Assembly: GCA_976226885.1 (NCBI GenBank)
Contig: OZ320321.1
Location: 46,438,001 to 46,502,000 of the forward strand
DNA from: Iphione sp. A-MEVVRFRX5
Taxonomy: Eukaryota
DNA: 64,000 nt
Reading direction: 5' to 3'
Notes under the pieces: model-generated
Databases searched by the model: none
Told to the model about the DNA's origin: nothing
What the model saw: the letters and a program-made list of their open reading frames with translations, nothing else
Part shown: piece after piece, positions 11,693-24,320 of the stretch
How the letters are laid out: each line of letters begins with the position of its first letter
How positions within the stretch are numbered: position 1 is the stretch's first letter
Made by a program: the position numbers and the translations under genes

Positions 11693-14600
11693 GGGGGGGG
11701 GGGTCTTATGTACAGCAGGTACGAAAAGGGCGAACATTGATCGTTTTTTGATGAACTCAACAAACTTATGTAACTGACAAATATATACAAGGGTTGTGCA
11801 AAGGATACTTATAACGTTCGCAGTGAGTGTTATTCCCAATGAACGGAAGGAGGAACCATTCTACTATCTCAAGCATTCTTCATCAGTGGCCATTCTTCGG
11901 TCTCAGATATCTTTCACTACTCGCTATTCTACCATTTCAGGCCTACTTTATCGTTGGCCATTCTGCCCTTTCAGCATCCTTTACTCTATCGCTTTATTTT
12001 GGTATCTGAGGCATCCTAGCTGGCCAGTCCAACATCTCCAGGCGTCATCAAAAACTCTGACTACAGCTTGTCCATCGCACAAGACAAACGACAGTAGAGT
12101 GTTACATGTGAGCAAGAAACGGAGAAGGTTCCTCTTTTACTAGTTCCAGCCCATCCACCGGCTTCCTGTCTATGAGATTATATTGTATTAGAAACATGTC
12201 CGACAATTGCTAAAGAACCGCATTTTGGACCTGTAAAAGTGTTAAGACACTATTGTATTGGGCAGCAAAAAAGACTGCTTCTTTTTTTATGAATAAGCTT
12301 GCCCGACCCGTGTAGCAAGAACTTACAGTTTTAGAGTACAGTGGCGTCTTGAGAATAGAGGCACCTTTTGGTCCAAGCAAAAGTGGCAGTTACAACCCTT
12401 TGATCGAACACTTGATCATATTTAGAATCCGAGCATCATTTGACTGATGCTTAGTCAAGTGTTATTTTAATAATAAGCGTGGGTGGGCACATCCCCAAAC
12501 CACTCTCCTCTCCCCAAGTGACTTTATTCGGTCACATGTGCATGACAGATAGGTGCTTAACAATTTGTCCAGTGTTGATTCATTGATTTTGGGACTATGC
12601 TGTGTACCTGACCATATTCCCTTATTCCCAGTGTCATTTGTCACTTTAGTTTCCCAAAGTACAGTGAGATAAGATGCCAACATTTTTTATCTGGCCGTAG
12701 TTTCTTTGTGCTTTCAATACATGTATAAAATTTTAGAGGGAAATGAATGGTTTTAAGCAAAATTGAGCGTATTTGCGATTGGACTGTAGCGCTGGTGTGG
12801 TTGTAACGTGAAATGGTACTGTAATAGTGAAGTATTAATGACCTCCTCTATGGCAGAAGACCTAGTAAACCTTCATTGAATGCATGCGTCCAGACTCCAT
12901 GGAGAAGGGAAGGGATGCGTGTATGTGTTCCTGCGAAATGATGCCAACATCAAACATTCAATTCTCTGTGAATGCCAGAATTCATCAGAACAGTATTTCT
13001 TCCTTTGATATACGACACCTTCAGCCCCTTGATGGTGGCATTCATTGCACTTTATAAGGTAGGGAAAAGGAGAAACCTACTCTATCACTTGATTCTCTGC
13101 GATGTTAGAAATGTTAAAGTTTTGACCAATTTTCTCCTTCATTTACCCTCGAAGGAAGACTTGCAGGTGGACTACAATGACAACAACTTATCAGGCCATC
13201 AGTACAACAAACTGTCGGGCTACATCGAAACACAAGTGTGAAGATTTCAACCCATTTTCCTCCAACATTTTTGTACGTGACAATTTGCTAATGAACATTA
13301 ACAGCTACAATAAACGAATCAACATGTCTAGAAGCTCCTCATACTTTATACATTTATTTACCCTCCAGGAAAAGATTATGGGCTTTTATATCTCAGAGCG
13401 TATATTTATGCAGTTACTAGAATTACTACCCGTTTATTGAAAGTGTTAATAATTATACATATATATGCATTTAGTATCAACACTCATTAAAATGTTGACA
13501 CTGGAAACATTTCTTACAGTGGCACCCTATCCCGTGTTGATGATAAGGTTAACATCGTAAACTTGTACAATTAATTTGTTGATACGTATGTCGATTACTG
13601 TGGTTCTCACAGTTTGTAAGGGGATTCCTTCAAAAACACTTAGTGACAAATATGGAGCAGAAGCAAACCTGATATAGTCCCTTGAACATACTGTTGCTAT
13701 TATGGACATGTCAAGGCATGGACAGTTTTATTGTAGTCCGGATTGTGGGGATTTCATTGTACGCACATTGACTTCGATGATTATTGTAATCCTGCTTGCT
13801 TAAAAACCCAATAAAATACTCATACAAAGAAAATTAATACTTAGTTATTCAGCCTGGGAAAAAACCGTTCATAACGTTTCAAATTTGTAAAGGCTTTAGT
13901 AAAAACCGCATTCCAGTGCAAAGAGATACTTGTTCTACACTGCTTTATATTTAAAAACGTAATATCGTTTGTCGCATACACACAACAGCGCTCCCACATA
14001 CAAATTACCAGGTCCTCTAATATAGGAAAATAGTAAATATTGAAATCTTCCACCAAATGGATTTTTGTTTAAAGAAATAAAAAAATATTTTTAGTGTTTG
14101 CACAGTAAGGTATTTTATTATGATCTCAACCATGGCTGATATTACAATGACGAGGAATTAAAATATTAGAAAGCTCATACCTTTTTAACATAAAAAGGTT
14201 ATCACCATACATGTACTGGTGTACCCATCCCCCTTCCTCAAATCAAAATTACGAATGATAGATGAGAATAACATCAAATACACTCGTTTGATTGTTTTTT
14301 GCTGTGTGCTTAATTCAGAAATTTGGCACTCACAACCCATGCACATTTTGGATAACAAAGGAAGGAAACGTTTCCCTTTGTAGGAAACTTTGTATAATTA
14401 TTTTGTCAATTAGTGTAATTTACATGCTTCTCATAGTTATGTGAGAAAGAAAGCAAAGCTAAGGACCGCCCCGCCAAAACATTTATTCCGACCTCAAAAA
14501 CACTGTGCCTAACCTGTCAGTATAGTAATCTGGTGTGAACAATTCTAGAGAGAGATGCCCGGCAGTAAATATATTTCTAGGGGCGTTTAGAATGGAGGAA

Positions 14601-16511
14601 CAATTTTAAACATTGATATACCCCAAATCATTCTAATTCATTGAACATGAGCTCTAAATGGAGAGGAAGCCATTTTACTGATCCGTGTATACACATCTGC
14701 ACGCTGTCGTCAGGTTGCTATGGTTGCTGTTTTTCCCCGTCTATCAAAAGAGGGAACAGACCACGTTGTGTAGAGGTAGCACGGTCGAAGCGATAATCGT
14801 GACATTCCCGAAGGTAAAAATTGGCCGCGTCGTGAGGCAGTGTTCGGTCAAATAATTATGTCTCTCCAGCCTAATAATTCCCCGTAGGAAAAAGACAGTG
14901 ATTTATAATTTGAAGCGGGAAGGTTTTTGGATTATAGGGGTGCTCACAAAGGTACTGCCAAATACAGAATCATTGTTATTCTTCTACTCCATTTTTTGGG
15001 CCAGGCGTTTTAATAGTCAGATACAAGATTCCGATATGCAGAACTTTGAAAATAAAAATAATCTACTTTAAATTAAATCATATCATTTCGTCCAGCGGGC
15101 AGAGAAGAATACATTACATACAGACCGAGAGAACATATAAAGCCGCGTTCTCATCAGAAACGACATGGAAATGCACACACTATATTGAGGTTGTACCCAA
15201 TGAACACAAACTCAAACATTAAAGGTTGATTTCGGTACGACGGAGGAGATCTGGAGACCAGCGGTGACAGGTCCTAGTGGTTCCTTTACCGTTAGACGAC
15301 ACACCAATGTACTAAGACCCCGCCCCGATGCACCCCTCTACCAGTCCCATGACGCCTGAGGTCCCGGTATCTCAGGAATATTTACTCCCGATGTCATATT
15401 GCTGGTACGGATTGGTACTGGTTCCGGGGTATGATGCCAACTTGACTCGCCCTGCTATGATTTTCTGAGTAGTGAGTGAGTCTGGGAGGGGCATATGTAG
15501 ATAGCGCTTTTTTCAGGAAAAGAATTCTTTTTCTAACGCAGGCCCTACTAGAAACCATACACCCCAAAACGTATAAAAATTGGCCTTTATACTAGTTGGA
15601 GAGATTAGGACAGTCACTTCGCTTTATATCATATGATGTATATAAAACTGGGTACGTAAAAGTTCATACTCTTTATAAGGTTAATTTTTATTAAATGAGA
15701 TTTAATGAAATTTCCTGTGGGCATGTACAGTCGAACCCCGTCTTCCGTACAACCTCCGCCAGTTCGCTCTGCGACTCGTGTCCAGAACGAACTCCCCTTG
15801 AGCCTCTCTCAAGGAGCTACCGCGACAGGCTGACGCACTCTACCGAGTTTCCAGCCAAGACAGCCGTGACCAGGAGTGAAGTAGCACCAGCTATACACTC
15901 CTACAAGCCTGACAGAGACGTCCCCAGACCAGACTCTACTGATCCCGGACCAGACCCTGCCATTCCCCGACCCAGTGCCACCTTCCTTGCCCACAGCCCT
16001 TCCCCAGAATTTTTCCCCACCCCAAATCGACTAAGTTTTACTTTTTGAGTTTTTGTTCTATTCTCACAGATTAGCCGGCCCGCAGACGACTCCACATATC
16101 CCTGAAGCTCCACGACACAGACTTACGACGCTACGACGATTTTTTACGTACAACGACAAATCCGACGATATCTCGACGTCTACTTGACCGATTCCCTCCA
16201 TATTCGACAGACATATCCCCCTAACCGCCCTCCATACGCCCTGAGAAGCTCAACTTTCTACCGCTAACCGTTTTCCCACTACGACCGCTTTTCGACACGA
16301 CCGCGACTTCGTCCGATTGACTTCAAACTTGGTTTTCACACCCTTCAGACGGCCCGCAACACCCTCCCGCTAACCGCGAGTTGCTCTGAGCAACTCGCGG
16401 CTCCTCTCCTCAAACACCTCGTATCCCTTTGAAATTTTTCACACATATCCCCCACCCCCTTTTCTCACCTACCTGTAAATTTCGAGTCGCTCGGAGCAAC
16501 TCTGAGCGACT

Positions 16512-17365
16512 GGCGACCGTTTTTGTACAGTTAATTTTTCTCACTTTTTTCTACCCCCCACCTGGCCCGCAACCCAACCCCCTTTTCCTTCTTCAAATCC
16601 TCCACTTAGTTTTCAAGTTATCCCCGTTTTTCTCCCCAACCCTCACCTCGCCCAATCCCCTCCAAACTCCAGATTCCTCCCCCTGAAGTACTTCCCAAGG
16701 TTCCCACCAACTTTCAGCCCCCTAACCCCGATAGAAAACCCCTGGCACCCGTTTTTATCCAGTTAATTCTTTTCACCTTTTCCTACTCCCCACCTGGCCC
16801 GCAACCCAACCCCTTTTTCCTTTTTCAAATCCTCCCCTTAGTTTTCAAGTTATCCCCGTTTTTCTCCCCAACCCTCACCTCGCCCAATCCCCTCCAAACT
16901 TCAGATTCCTCCCCCTGAAGTGCTTCCCAAGGTTCCCACCAACTTTCAGCCCCCTAATCCCGATAGAAAACCCCTGGCAGCCGTTTTTATCCAGTTAATT
17001 CTTTTCACCTTTTCCTACTCCCCACCTGGCCCGCAACCCAACCCCCTTTTCCTTTTTCAAATCCCCCCCTTAGTTTTCAAGTTATCCCCGTTTTTCTCCC
17101 CAACCCTCACCTCGCCCAATCCCCTCCAAACTCCAGATTCCTCCCCCTGAAGTCCTCCCCTAAGTTCCCAACAACTTTCTGCCCCCTAACCCCAATAGTA
17201 AACCCCTGGCAACCGTTTTTGTCAAGTTAATTTTTTTCACCTTTTCCTACTCCCCACCTGGCCCGCAACCCAACCCTTTTTTCCTTTTTCAAATCCTCCC
17301 CTAAGTTTCCAAGCTATCCCCGTTTTTCTCCCCAACCCTCACCCCGCCCAATCACCTCCAAAATC
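16512..17365 (+). repeat. 232-bp tandem array (~3.7 copies) upstream of LINE ORF1
   Basis: CTGAAGT recurs at 16683, 16915 and 17147, an exact 232-bp period. The copies are highly similar. Confidence 0.95.
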
Positions 17366-17369
17366 ACCA

Positions 17370-17848
17370 CGCATATTGCCCACCCAATCCTCAACATTTT
17401 AGCGAAAACCCCGTCCCTCTAGACCCATTATTAGCCGAGCTACACCCATTTTTCTACCTAACGTAAACTCTTCCCTACCCCTCCCACACTTGCCATTCGC
17501 ATCACCCACCCGTCCCCCAACAGTTTAGCGAAAACCCCATCCTCCTAGACCCATTCTTAGCCAAATTATCCACGTTTTTCTGCCCAACGCAAACTTCCAC
17601 CTAACCCCCCCATACTCACCACGCATATTCCCCACTCAATCCCGAACAGTTTAGTGAAAATCCCGCCTCTCTAGCCCTATTTTTAGCCGAGATATCTCCG
17701 TTTTCCTACCCAACACTAGCACATCCCCAAATCCTCCCACACTCACCACTCGCCTCCCTCACCTAACCAGCAACTTTTTGGCACAAGTCCCGTCCCTCTA
17801 GCCCCAATAGTTCCCAAGTTATTGACGCTTTTCCACCCAGCACTGACC
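17370..17848 (+). repeat. ~125-bp diverged tandem array (~4 copies)
   Basis: CGCAT...TTTAGCGAAAACCCC...CTAGACCCATT..TTAGCC recurs at ~17370, ~17498 and ~17621, with a more degenerate copy at ~17749. Confidence 0.8.
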
Positions 17849-17981
17849 GAACTCTAGGGAGGTCAATAAGCCAAAAACGGTCCCCTTGGGACCCAAAGAC
17901 AAAACCAACCCAATCCAACCCCTGAGCACCCTGTGATTACTTTTTTTGTGTTTTTCTTTGTGTCTCTTTCTCATTTTCAAG

Positions 17982-20564
17982 ATGCAGACCAGGAGCCGGA
18001 CTACTACCAGTCCGGACGAGTCCCTGAGAATGGTGGAGACGAAGCGACGCCAGCGGCCGACACCCAAGCCGGACTGGTTTGGACAACCTGAGACTGGGGG
18101 TAGACCCGAGACTACCCCCTCCGACAAGGGTGAGCAGGTGGACACCCTGTCTAAAGGGGAGCCGAGCAGACCGGTGGTGGCTCGGAGCGTATCCCCTGCT
18201 GGTGAAGCTGACACCAGCATTAGTAGGCCGGTGGCTACTACCAACTTTGTCCCCGAGGAGGCCGGCCTACCAGGCACCTCCCTGTCGAAAGGGGAACCGA
18301 CCAGGCCGTTGGCTGCTCGGAAAGAACCCCCTGCTGGTGAAGCTGGCACCAGCGGTAGTAGGCCGGTGGCTACTACTAGCACTGAACCTGAGGAGGCTGG
18401 CCTGCCAGGCACCTCCCAACCCGGTGAAGAGGGCACCGGTGAAAGTGGTAGCAACCCCAGCAAAAGGCCGGTGGCAGTTGCTGGGGAGACCGGCCCGTCG
18501 GGCACCCCCCAAGCTGGTGATGTAGGCACCAGCCAGAGTGGAAGGGTGACCACTCAAGACGCAGACCCAAGCAACCATCCCACAGATGTTGCGAAGAACA
18601 AACCCAGTGAGGTCGGCCTGCCAGGCACCTCTGAGACCGGTAATAAGAACACCGGCATGAGTGGAGGGGCGGCCACTCAAAACAGTGCAAGGAGGGATGT
18701 ACCCCGGTACATCCTCCCACACAGAAAGGGCAGAGGGGCGGCTGCCCAAAACTCCCCTAGGGGAGAAACCAATAAACACGAAGGCTCCGGTGGAAGGGCG
18801 ACCACCAAAGGCAGGCCAGTGGCTGCCGATGCGAGCACAGGCAATGATGTTGATGGCTGGACTATGATAGTGAGGGCGGCACTATCAGACGAGTCAGGGA
18901 GTTCAGGGGCGGGAACTCGCCCTGTAACCAGACCCGAGGCAGGTTACAGGAATGCACTGCTAAAGGGGATTGAACAGTCTCCCCGTGGTGAAGCTGGCAC
19001 CCCAAGTGCACCACAGATCAGCAAAACCAGGCTCTTCTTCGACTCGTCGCTGTCCTCCATCAATGACTCAGAGGTGGAAGTTGAGCCTGAGGGCCCCACC
19101 AATGGGTCGACCCAGACCCAGTCGTCCCCAAATGGAGATGACGAGGATGGGTTCATCACTGTCCGTAAAAAGACTCGCAAACATAAAACACCCAGGAGGG
19201 CCGTGGCGGTATTCTATGACCCACAAAACCCCACCTACCCCTTCCCAGCAGCAGATGAATGTTGCCCAAATGGCAACTATTACATCTTCCCTGGTAGGAA
19301 TGGAGTGTTTTATGTAGGAGCCCGAGATGTAGAAACCGCAGAACGCCTGAGTCTGGCACTGACTAGGCGCTGCGAAAAGTACATCCTCCAGGGAGTCCGA
19401 CCTTGCATCAAACCGGACGACCTGGTAGGAAAAATTGAAATCATTAAGGCAGAGCGCATCTGCAAAAAAGACGGCAGTCCCACCTGGGCAGTCTCCATCG
19501 AAACTGAGCTGGAGATGGACTGTTCTGAAAAGGTGGACCTGGGCGCCTATGGCCGCTGTAAGGTCTCTCGACCCTACAGCATGGTCACGAGGTGCTTTAG
19601 GTGCCAGGCCTATGGACATAGGCAGGCGAACTGTCGCGCCCAAACAGCACGGTGCGGGAAGTGCGCTGGGCCCCACACGACCAGGACCTGCACTGCAGGC
19701 AGGGAAGTGGGGTTCCGGTGTGCTAGCTGCGCCAGGGCCCACCAGGCTGGGGTCCACTCCTGCCCCGCCTGGAAGGCTGTCTGGAAGAGGGTGAACGGTT
19801 CGGTTCACCCTCGACAGAACGCTGCTGGGAAGCAGAAAAACTCCAAGCCGACTCCAAAGGCCCAAACCCCTACAAAAGGGGCCAAGAATATGGCCAACCA
19901 TAAGGAGCGGCAGCGCTTGCCAACTAGTAAGGGCTCGGAGCGCACTCGACAGCCGACCTCTCGGAAGGCTGCCAAGAAGCGACACTCCATCCTGGTTCGG
20001 AAAGCTGCACCGATCCCGGAGCCCAATGGCCAGTCTACCGCCATGGAAGAAGCGACACCGATCGTTTCCTCCCCAAGGCTGGAAGGTCTGCCTGCAACTG
20101 CCCCCCCTCTCCAACAACCAAACTCTAGTTTGGCCAAGGAAGGGCAAGGCAAGCGCAAGGCAGCTCGGAGATCCGCAAAGAACAGGAGGCCGAACTCGGG
20201 GGAGGCCAACCCTGTCAAGCGGAACCAGACTAAAGAGCCGGTTCAGGGAAATGCTAAGTTGCCAGCCTCGGGGAAGGCAACTGAAGCTCCCGGGACAGCT
20301 CTGCAGTCTGAGGGCACTCCCACTCAGAGGCCGAACACTCGGGAAGCCACTGAGAAGGGAAAGCACTCCGAGAGGAAGAAATGCTGCTCGTGCAGCTGCT
20401 CACCGGTTAGTGAGGGGGACATCCTCGGGATGCTCCAACTGCTAATAAGGGCCCTACGTGAGTCCCCCAATGCAGAGGAGATCATCTCTGACCTCGCCTC
20501 TAGGCTGGTCACCTCCAAGCCAGTGAAGAGTACTCCTACCACCAACAATGGGGACGGACAGTAG
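17982..20564 (+). CDS. LINE ORF1, gag-like nucleic-acid-binding protein (~860 aa)
   Basis: Three zinc knuckles: CFRCQAYGHRQANC, CGKCAGPHTTRTC, CASCARAHQAGVHSC. Both termini are low-complexity. The first ATG is at 17982 (the track start is a non-ATG codon). It overlaps ORF2 by 17 nt. Confidence 0.93.
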   Translation: MQTRSRTTTSPDESLRMVETKRRQRPTPKPDWFGQPETGGRPETTPSDKGEQVDTLSKGEPSRPVVARSVSPAGEADTSISRPVATTNFVPEEAGLPGTSLSKGEPTRPLAARKEPPAGEAGTSGSRPVATTSTEPEEAGLPGTSQPGEEGTGESGSNPSKRPVAVAGETGPSGTPQAGDVGTSQSGRVTTQDADPSNHPTDVAKNKPSEVGLPGTSETGNKNTGMSGGAATQNSARRDVPRYILPHRKGRGAAAQNSPRGETNKHEGSGGRATTKGRPVAADASTGNDVDGWTMIVRAALSDESGSSGAGTRPVTRPEAGYRNALLKGIEQSPRGEAGTPSAPQISKTRLFFDSSLSSINDSEVEVEPEGPTNGSTQTQSSPNGDDEDGFITVRKKTRKHKTPRRAVAVFYDPQNPTYPFPAADECCPNGNYYIFPGRNGVFYVGARDVETAERLSLALTRRCEKYILQGVRPCIKPDDLVGKIEIIKAERICKKDGSPTWAVSIETELEMDCSEKVDLGAYGRCKVSRPYSMVTRCFRCQAYGHRQANCRAQTARCGKCAGPHTTRTCTAGREVGFRCASCARAHQAGVHSCPAWKAVWKRVNGSVHPRQNAAGKQKNSKPTPKAQTPTKGAKNMANHKERQRLPTSKGSERTRQPTSRKAAKKRHSILVRKAAPIPEPNGQSTAMEEATPIVSSPRLEGLPATAPPLQQPNSSLAKEGQGKRKAARRSAKNRRPNSGEANPVKRNQTKEPVQGNAKLPASGKATEAPGTALQSEGTPTQRPNTREATEKGKHSERKKCCSCSCSPVSEGDILGMLQLLIRALRESPNAEEIISDLASRLVTSKPVKSTPTTNNGDGQ

Positions 20565-23500
20565 ACACGAAAGGAACAACCAACTGACTATAGTCAGCTG
20601 GAACATTCGAGGCTACTCAGGCCGTCGTGATGTTCTACTGAACTATGTCAGAAGGAAAGCTCCGGACGTCCTACTGATCCAGGAGACGATCAGCCGTCAT
20701 CTTGGCCTCTCCCTTCCCGGCTACAGGACCTTTGAGTCCCCAGCTGGACAAGGGAAGCAGGGTGTTGCGACTTTGGTAAGGCGCTCGATAGCCTGTGAGG
20801 AAATCCAGGTAGCAACAAAGCCTAACCCCAAAACTGAGATGGTGAAGGTTATGCTCCGACTGCGCGAAGGCTGCAAGTTGGAAGTCATCAACCTCTACCA
20901 TCACTGCTCAACCCGGTTCGCCCTTCGGGACTGGCTGAGCAGTGATGCTCCTGAGGATGGAGCTCACCGGCTCATCGCTGGTGACTTCAACCTCAAGCAC
21001 TCAGCTTGGGGCAAAAGCAACCCGGACTCTCATTCCGGAAAACGCTTCCTGGAGGAACTCACTGACGATACTACCCTGGTGATCCTGAATGATGGGTCGC
21101 CGACCCACCAGTCGGGATCATCAATAGATCTGGCACTGGCTAACAACCAGCTGGCCAACAAAGCTCAGTGGGAGGTCACTCCGGAGCTCTTCTCGGACCA
21201 CTTCAGGTCTAGGATTAGCATCGGAATGCCCAAAGTACACATACCCACTCGCCCTCGGTGGCTTAACCTCCCTAAAGCAAATTGGGAGAAAGTCAACAAG
21301 TGCCTTGAAAGCCTTGTTGGGCAGGATGGTAGAGAGGTGCTGGATCACGAAACTTTAGCTGGGATGATCCAGACTGCCATGGACAAGCATATCCCTGAGA
21401 CCAGGCGGCCAAACAGTAGGCGGTGGTGGTACAACACCTCTCGGTGCAAACGAGCCACCGCCACTGTGAACCGCATCAGTGGGCTCTACCGCAAAACCCG
21501 CTCCCCTTCACTGCTGGCCGCTCTTCGGCAGGCACAGAAGTGGGCCAAGCAGGTCTACGCGGAGGAAAAATGCAAATCCTGGCAGAAGTGGTGTGAGTCT
21601 TTCAACGCACAAACCACCACCAAGGTTCTCTGGGACAAGATCCGAATCATACGGGGACTGTCCCCCAGAGAATCCCTCCATCCTCACCCTGCCGAGAAAG
21701 TGGAAGAGCTGGCCTCGCTGTTCACTCAGCGCACAAATCCAGACAACCTCCCAGAAGGCCACAGGAGGGCACTAGCCAACCTGAGACCTGAAAGGGAGGA
21801 AAGTATCAGAGAGGCTACTGAGCGCCCAAGCCCAGACGGGCTTGATGGCAAAATTACCTCAACGGAGATCGCGAGAGCACTCCACGGAGCCCATAACACG
21901 GCTCCTGGATCCGATCGCATCCCAAAGGTACTTCTGGCCAAACTAAACTCTGGAAACATGGACACGCTCCGCAAAGTGCTGAACGATGTCTTCCAGAAAG
22001 GGGAAGTCCCACCAGCTTGGAAACTGGGTAACATCGTGCCCATTCTCCCAAAGCTGATGGAGGACAGCGCCCAATTACCCTACTCCAGACCATGGGAAAA
22101 GTCCTGGAAAAGATTGTGCTCAACCGGGTACGGCACTCTCGTGAGCTTGCTGGATACAAGACCCCGGAGCACATCTACGGCTTTGAAAAAGGCCGTTCGA
22201 CGGCGCATTGTGTTGCAGCCCTCCTAAAAGAGGTGCTTTCTGCCAGACAGAAAAGACACAAATGCATCGTCGTTTTCCTGGACCTGGAGAAGGTTTTCGA
22301 ACTGGTGGACCACACTGTAGTCCTGAGCTGCCTAGCAGGATCGGGGGTGCAGGGCAAACTTCTTGCCTTCATCACCGACTACCTCAGGGAGCGAAAGGCC
22401 AGAGTGTCCTTCCAGGGAGAGACCTCCTCCTACCATGACCTGCACAATGGAGTGCCACAGGGAGGCGTACTCAGTACCCTCCTCTTCAACAGCGTCATGG
22501 AGCAGCTGGTTGCCACCCATATTCCGGGAACAACCCTGCTCTCATACGCTGATGATGTGGCGCTCATTTGCAGAAGCAATCTGGATGCAAAAAGGGTAGC
22601 CAACCATGCCCTGGAGGTTGTGCTCAACAAGTGCCGTAGCCTGGGCCCGAAAGTCTCGAGACCAAAGACCAAGGCTATGAGCATGTACGAGTGCAATCCA
22701 GGACCAGAACTTGTACTCGGCAATGACACCATCAAATGGGTCGCCAGCTACAAGTATCTGGGAATCATGGTAGACAGAGAGCTGACCCTCAAGCCGGCGG
22801 TCGACTACATAGTCGACCGGCTGAGGGCAAGACTCCGAGTCATGGGCGTTCTGTCTGGCTTCTCATGGGGCGCCAGTGCCAGAGTCCTCCGCCAGTACTA
22901 TGTACAGGCAGTTCTCTCGGTAATAGATTACGCAGCCCCCTATCTCAGCCTCCTGCTCGGAACAGTAAGTACTGACCGAGCACAGAAGAGGATGAGAAAG
23001 AGACACAACACGCTGCTACTAAGGCTGGACCGCATACAGAACTGTGCTCTGCGCAAGATGTACTGCGTCCCCCTGCGTACACGTGTTGAGAACCTGCGGT
23101 CAGAGGCTGGCTTCCCTCCCATCCGGGACCGTATCCTCCAGGTCTTCTCCAGCTTCCTAGTACGAACTGCTAGTAAACTCGACACTGAGTACGCTAGACA
23201 GGTCAGAAAGGAGCTGGAGGGCTCAGACGAGCCGGGGACACCTCTCCCCCTCGCTCTGAAGGCAGCAGTGGCAAGGGCCAAGGAGATAGGTGGACGCCTC
23301 GTCCCCACTCCCGAAACCCTCCAACTCGCTCCCTGGGAACGGATCCCGGTCACCATAGTGGCCAGTCTCCCCCCTCGCAAGAAGGAGGAGATCAGCCCTT
23401 TGGTACTTCGGACCACTGCCCTCGCAGAGATAGATGAGACTAGGGAACTTCTGCCCGGAGCTACGCACGTCTTCACAGACGGCAGCTCAGACCCCGCCAC

Positions 23501-24320
23501 TGGCAGGGCAGGCGCAGCCTGCACTTACCTAGACGGTAACCTGCATGACTGGATTGCCCAAGGCACCAGAGTCAGTGACGGTGCGTCTAGTCTCACAACA
23601 GAGCTAGCAGCCATCCTCCTGGCATTGGATAAGCATAGTAGGGAACCAGTGGTTATCCACTCGGACTCCTACAATGCTATCCTTGCTATACAGGAGGTGG
23701 ACAACATCCATGTGCTAGCAAGTCGCATACAGGAACTGCTACGCTTCCGTGCTTCCCTAGGCAGGGATACAGTCTTGCACTGGATTCCCTCCCACGTCGG
23801 GATTGCCGGAAATGAGGAGGCAGACAAAGCAGGCAAGGAAGCCTCGCTCTTGCCAGCGGTCCTGATGCCGACAAACCCCTCACTCCAGCAAACACTCTCC
23901 TCCATGAAAAGGGCAGTACTGGAGAAGTGGAGGGCTAGTCTGGACAATGCGTCTCCATCAAGGAGCTGGGAGTGGCACAGACATCTTATGAAGTCATGCC
24001 CCCCACCCACGGTGCACATGAAACGCAACCTCCAGACAATCATCACCAGGCTGAGACTGGGGTACAGGAGACTGGCCGACTTACCAGAGTACCAACCCTG
24101 CATATGTGGCTCGATCTTCTCACTCCCCCATGTCCTCACCAACTGTAGTGAGCTCGAGTACATTCCCATTGAGCGCTTTGCCAATGACGAGAGTCTTGCC
24201 CACTACTCGGCCCCCGACCTGGCGGTACACATTGTCAAGTGTGCCCAGGAAGAGGGCCTACACGGCCTGTACACCTTGGCCAACTTCTATGAGCTTAACA
24301 AGGAGCTCATAGATGGCTGA
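20548..24320 (+). pseudogene. LINE ORF2 (APE + RT + RNase H + C-terminal CCHC) with one frameshift near 22045-22053
   Basis: APE: VSWNIRG, LLIQET, AGDFN, IDLALA, SDH. RT: RPITLL, HIYGF, FLDLEKVF, VPQGGVLS, YADD. RNase H: FTDGS, TELAAI, SDS, WIPSHVGIAGNEEAD. C-terminal CICG...HVLTNC. The frame switches at IVPI-LPK / PKADGGQRPI. Confidence 0.95.

Noticed and set aside
15695-17150. Pro/Phe-rich ORFs in the LINE 5' region
   Set aside because: They arise from the skewed tandem arrays, begin at non-ATG codons and have no domain signal.
16512-17848. CRISPR or telomeric interpretation of the arrays
   Set aside because: There is no repeat-spacer structure or cas gene and the context is eukaryotic. 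CCCTAA occurs only as isolated hexamers, not tandem tracts.
17819-24184. Many antisense and alternative-frame ORFs within the I-group LINE (e.g. 19068-20366)
   Set aside because: Expected shadows of long GC-rich ORFs, with no independent motifs.
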